This document shows, one piece after another, positions 24,516 to 27,816 of a stretch of DNA of 27,816 nucleotides. How positions within the stretch are numbered: the stretch's first letter is position 1; each line of letters starts with the position of its first letter. Both the position numbers and the translations under genes were made by a program. Source of the stretch: Candidatus Manganitrophaceae bacterium (GTDB lineage Bacteria > Nitrospirota > Nitrospiria > SBBL01 > Manganitrophaceae). Below the pieces are notes generated by a model that was not told the DNA's origin, did no database searches, and saw only the letters and a list, made by a program, of their open reading frames with translations. The stretch is from assembly GCA_035293225.1 (NCBI GenBank), contig DATDON010000178.1, positions 1 through 27,816 of the forward strand, written 5' to 3'.

Positions 24516-25315
24516 TGCCGCTGTTCCAATTCCACGATCCTGGCTCCAGTTTCTACCAATTATTGACATCGCAGTATCCTCAACTGCTCCCACGCCTGCC
24601 GGGTTACGCTCCCTCCGAGAAAAAGGAGATCGCCCAAATGGTTCCCCACGGCACGACGGTTTTAGCGATCCGTTATCGGGAGGGGGTGGTCATCGCGGGG
24701 GATCGGATGGCGACGGAAGGGTATTCCGTTTCGGAGCGTCGCATTGAGAAGGTGCATAAGACCGATCACTCCTCGGCCATCGCGATCGCGGGGGCGGCGG
24801 GGCCCTGTCTGGAGTTGACGCGGCTTTTTCAAATCGAGCTGGAACATTATGAAAAACTGGAAGGGGCCGAACTTTCAATGGAAGGAAAGGCGAATAAGCT
24901 CGCTCAGATGATCAAGGCAAATCTTCCGATGGCGATGCAGGGGCTGGTGGTGATCCCTATCTTCGCAGGCTACGATGTGAAGCGGGAAACCGGGCGGATA
25001 TTCAAGTACGATATCGCGGGCGGCCAATACGAAGAGGCGGAATACTACGCCATCGGCTCAGGCGGAAAAGACGCCCGCGGCACGATGAAAAAAATATTCA
25101 AGAAAGACCTTTCCGAAGAAGAGGCGATCCGGGTGGCGGTGGAGGCGCTCTACGACGCGGCGGAAGCGGATATCGCCACGGGGGGGCCCGATTTGACCCG
25201 CGGCATTTTTCCGACCGTCAAAGTCATCAAGGCGCAAGGGGTCATCGATGTCGAGGATGAACGGACCAAACGTCTTTTTCAAGAACTGATCCAACGACAG
25301 GGGGGAGGATTATAA
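24515..25315 (+). CDS. prcB: 20S proteasome beta subunit
   Basis: GTG start overlapping the pup stop. 46-aa propeptide ending PHG, then TTVLA (Thr1); AGDRMAT and AIGSGG. Confidence 0.95.
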   Translation: MPLFQFHDPGSSFYQLLTSQYPQLLPRLPGYAPSEKKEIAQMVPHGTTVLAIRYREGVVIAGDRMATEGYSVSERRIEKVHKTDHSSAIAIAGAAGPCLELTRLFQIELEHYEKLEGAELSMEGKANKLAQMIKANLPMAMQGLVVIPIFAGYDVKRETGRIFKYDIAGGQYEEAEYYAIGSGGKDARGTMKKIFKKDLSEEEAIRVAVEALYDAAEADIATGGPDLTRGIFPTVKVIKAQGVIDVEDERTKRLFQELIQRQGGGL

Positions 25316-25993
25316 ATGGCGCTGCCCTATTATGTATCGCCCGAACAGATGATGCAAGATAAGGCGGAGTACGCCAAAAAGGGAATCTCGCGCGGAAGAT
25401 CGATCATCGCCACGGAATATGAAAACGGAATCCTTTTGTTGGCGGACAATCCCAGCTCCCTCAATAAGATTTCCGAGATTTACGACAAGATCGCCTTCGC
25501 GGGCGCCGGCAAATACAGCGAGTTCGAAAATTTAAGGAAAGCCGGCATCCGCCACGCCGACATGAAAGGTTATCTCTATAGCAGGGAGGATGTGACCGCC
25601 AAGTCGCTGGCCAACGCCTATTCTCAATCTCTGGGAACCATCTTCAGCCAAGAGATGAAACCTCTTGAAGTGGAGATTCTGGTGGTGGAAGTCGGGACCG
25701 ATCCCCACCCGAACGAAATCTACCGGATCTCTTTTGATGGAAGCATCTTTGACGAAAAAGGCTTTACCGTCATCGGAGGAAAGTCGGAAACCCTCTTTAC
25801 CCACTTGAAAAACCATTATCGTCTCGGCTCGTTGAAGGAGGCGTTGCGATTTTCAGTCCAGGCGATGGAAGAAGGATACAATCAAGAGATCCAGCCGCAA
25901 GGATTGGAGGTCGCTGTTTTGGACAAAAGCCGCCCCGGCCGAAAATTCCGCCGTCTCACCGTTAAAGAGTTGACGGAAGATTTAAAAAAATAA
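25316..25993 (+). CDS. prcA: 20S proteasome alpha subunit
   Basis: PYYVSPEQMMQDKAEYAKKGISRGRS, KISEIYDKIAFAGAGKYSEFENLR and KPLEVEILV. Confidence 0.95.
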   Translation: MALPYYVSPEQMMQDKAEYAKKGISRGRSIIATEYENGILLLADNPSSLNKISEIYDKIAFAGAGKYSEFENLRKAGIRHADMKGYLYSREDVTAKSLANAYSQSLGTIFSQEMKPLEVEILVVEVGTDPHPNEIYRISFDGSIFDEKGFTVIGGKSETLFTHLKNHYRLGSLKEALRFSVQAMEEGYNQEIQPQGLEVAVLDKSRPGRKFRRLTVKELTEDLKK

Positions 25994-26035
25994 GCGTCGC
26001 GCCGGGATTCCGCGCGTCAAAGACATCAAATTCCG

Positions 26036-27403
26036 ATGAAAAACAGAATCTTTGGGCTTGAAAACGAATACGGCCTGATCTTTTCTCCAAATGGGAAAGT
26101 TTACCTCCCCATGGAGAAGATTTTAGGTTACATCTTCGAGGGGCTGATCCCGAACAGCTGGCCTTCGAACGCTTTTTTAAGCAATGGGGCCCGATTTTAT
26201 CAAGACACCGGCTGCCATCCTGAATATTCCACCCCGGAATGTGACAATGTTTTCGATTTGGTGGTCCATGACAAAGCGGGGGAGCGCCTTTTACAATCTT
26301 GCCTTCCCATCGCGGAAAAACGTCTCAAAGAAGAGGGGCTTTCGGGGGATATTTACATCTTCAAGAACAACACCGACTCCATGGGCAACACCTACGGCTG
26401 CCACGAAAATTATCTGATACGCCGCGACCTCGACTTTTGGAAGGTGACGGAGCAACTGATCCCCTTTTTCGTCACGCGGCAGATTTTCGCAGGCTCCGGA
26501 AAAGTTTTGAAGGTTTCAGGCAAGAGCCATTACTTCATTTCCCAACGCGCCCAACATATTCATGAAAAGACTTCTTCCTCCACCACCTCGTCGCGAAGCA
26601 TTATCAACACACGGGACGAGCCTCACGCCGACGCGGAAAAATACCGGCGGCTTCACATCATCGTCGGCGACTCGAATATGTCGGAGTACGCGACCTATCT
26701 GAAGGTGGGTACCACCGCGCTGGTCCTTTCGATGATCGAAGAAGGATTCAACGTCATCGGCATGGAGATGGAAGATCCGGTGAAGGCGATGCGGGAGATC
26801 TCCCGGGATTTGACCCTCAAAAAACGCATCCGGCTTGAGGGAGGGAAGGAGATCACCGCCATCGAGATTCAGCGGGTCTACCTGGAGAAGGCGAAAGAAT
26901 ACGCCGCTTCCGAAGAAGAGAACGAGATCACCTTCGATATCCTCGAACGATGGGGATATGTCCTCGATGAGCTGGAGGAGGACCCGATGCGGCTTTCGCG
27001 GGAAATCGACTGGATCACCAAAAAAGAGTTGATTACCGCATACATGGATAAAAAAGGGATCGGATGGGATGATCCCCGTGTGGCGATGATGGACTTGCAA
27101 TACCATGATGTGAATCAGAATCGCGGTCTTTATTACCTTCTGAGCCGGCAAGACTTGGTGGAGCGGATCGCTACGGAGGAAGATATCCAGCGGGCGATGA
27201 CCACGCCGCCCCAAACGACGCGGGCGAAAATCCGGGGCGATTTTATCCGTTTTGCGAAAGAGAAAAACCGCTCGTACACCGTCGATTGGACTTATCTCAA
27301 ATTAAACGGCTATTGGGAAGAGACCATCCTTTGTATGGATCCATTTTCGTCCGCCAACCAGCGTGTGAAGGAACTCATTGCAGCCGCCAATCTTCATAAA
27401 TAG
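26036..27403 (+). CDS. pafA: Pup-protein ligase
   Basis: IFGLENEYG, NGARFYQDTGCHPEY, KNNTDSMGNTYGCHENY, SRSIINTRDEPHAD..YRRLH, DLQYHD and QTTRAKIRG. Confidence 0.94.
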   Translation: MKNRIFGLENEYGLIFSPNGKVYLPMEKILGYIFEGLIPNSWPSNAFLSNGARFYQDTGCHPEYSTPECDNVFDLVVHDKAGERLLQSCLPIAEKRLKEEGLSGDIYIFKNNTDSMGNTYGCHENYLIRRDLDFWKVTEQLIPFFVTRQIFAGSGKVLKVSGKSHYFISQRAQHIHEKTSSSTTSSRSIINTRDEPHADAEKYRRLHIIVGDSNMSEYATYLKVGTTALVLSMIEEGFNVIGMEMEDPVKAMREISRDLTLKKRIRLEGGKEITAIEIQRVYLEKAKEYAASEEENEITFDILERWGYVLDELEEDPMRLSREIDWITKKELITAYMDKKGIGWDDPRVAMMDLQYHDVNQNRGLYYLLSRQDLVERIATEEDIQRAMTTPPQTTRAKIRGDFIRFAKEKNRSYTVDWTYLKLNGYWEETILCMDPFSSANQRVKELIAAANLHK

Positions 27404-27816
27404 TCTTAAGACGACCATACTCGTCTTGCCCTCCCTTTTAACTCTCGGCCTTTCCGAACAGGCGCTCAGGTCGGATGAAATCCCGGCCGCGCTCCAAGTT
27501 AAGCAAGGAGAGGTCGCTTATTTGATTCTGAAGCCGGAGCTGGGAACCGACGCCGTAAAGGGAAGGTTTTTGAACCAGCCGATCCCTTTTTTTAGGGCGT
27601 CCGGAGATGACTTCGCGGCGTTGATTGGAATCGATCTGGCCCAGGCCCCCGGCCCTCAGCCGCTTGAAGTCACATGGAAAAACGGTCAAGGGAACGGCTC
27701 GCGAACGATTCTGATCGAAGTTCTGGAGGCGACCTTTGGAACGCAAAATCTGACGCTTCCGAAGGAGATGGTCGATTTGGATCCTCCGACGCTCGTCCGC
27801 GTTGAGAAAGAGCAAC
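27378..27816 (+). CDS. Exported M23-family peptidase, N-terminal part; runs off the window edge
   Basis: Not in the ORF track. TTG 27378 with GAAGGA RBS, open to the window end: MQPPIFINSLKTTILVLPSLLTLGLSEQA...FAALIGIDLAQAPG...FGTQNLTLPKEMVDLDPPTLVRVEKEQ. This resembles the N-terminal domain of M23 peptidases; the catalytic HxH domain is not visible. Confidence 0.65.
   Translation, partial: MQPPIFINSLKTTILVLPSLLTLGLSEQALRSDEIPAALQVKQGEVAYLILKPELGTDAVKGRFLNQPIPFFRASGDDFAALIGIDLAQAPGPQPLEVTWKNGQGNGSRTILIEVLEATFGTQNLTLPKEMVDLDPPTLVRVEKEQ

Noticed and set aside
27438-27815. 125-aa minus-strand ORF in the track
   Set aside because: Antisense to a plus-strand frame that has a signal peptide, an RBS and recognisable M23-type N-terminal sequence.
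1-27816. CRISPR arrays, tRNA/rRNA genes, transposases, integrases, prophage genes
   Set aside because: No regularly spaced repeats, cloverleaf-like segments or mobile-element proteins were recognised.

Overview
A 27.8 kb bacterial chromosomal window with no recognisable phage, IS transposase, CRISPR, tRNA or rRNA. A complete Pup-proteasome operon sits beside many exported/periplasmic proteins, which suggests a Nitrospirota-type diderm (inference, not a database result). Left to right: (1) a minus-strand amino-acid/polyamine operon: glutamate dehydrogenase, leucine-type dehydrogenase, two small proteins, agmatinase and a truncated class-III aminotransferase; (2) a CDF metal exporter with a non-canonical site-A motif, a His/Met-rich exported protein, a DUF507 pair and an exported OB-fold protein; (3) a putative periplasmic copper-redox cluster: a 1629-aa six-domain MnxG-like multicopper oxidase, two paralogous proteins with amicyanin-type C-x2-H-x2-M loops, two paralogues of an unassigned exported family on either side of the oxidase, an Ig-like protein and a TPR protein; (4) a compact class II ribonucleotide reductase; (5) a probable 6S RNA directly ahead of thiS-thiG, then thiE; (6) arc-dop-pup-prcB-prcA-pafA followed by an overlapping M23 peptidase gene that runs off the window. 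The best candidate for an uncharacterised system is the multicopper oxidase/cupredoxin/paralogue cluster (about 5.5-16.9 kb).
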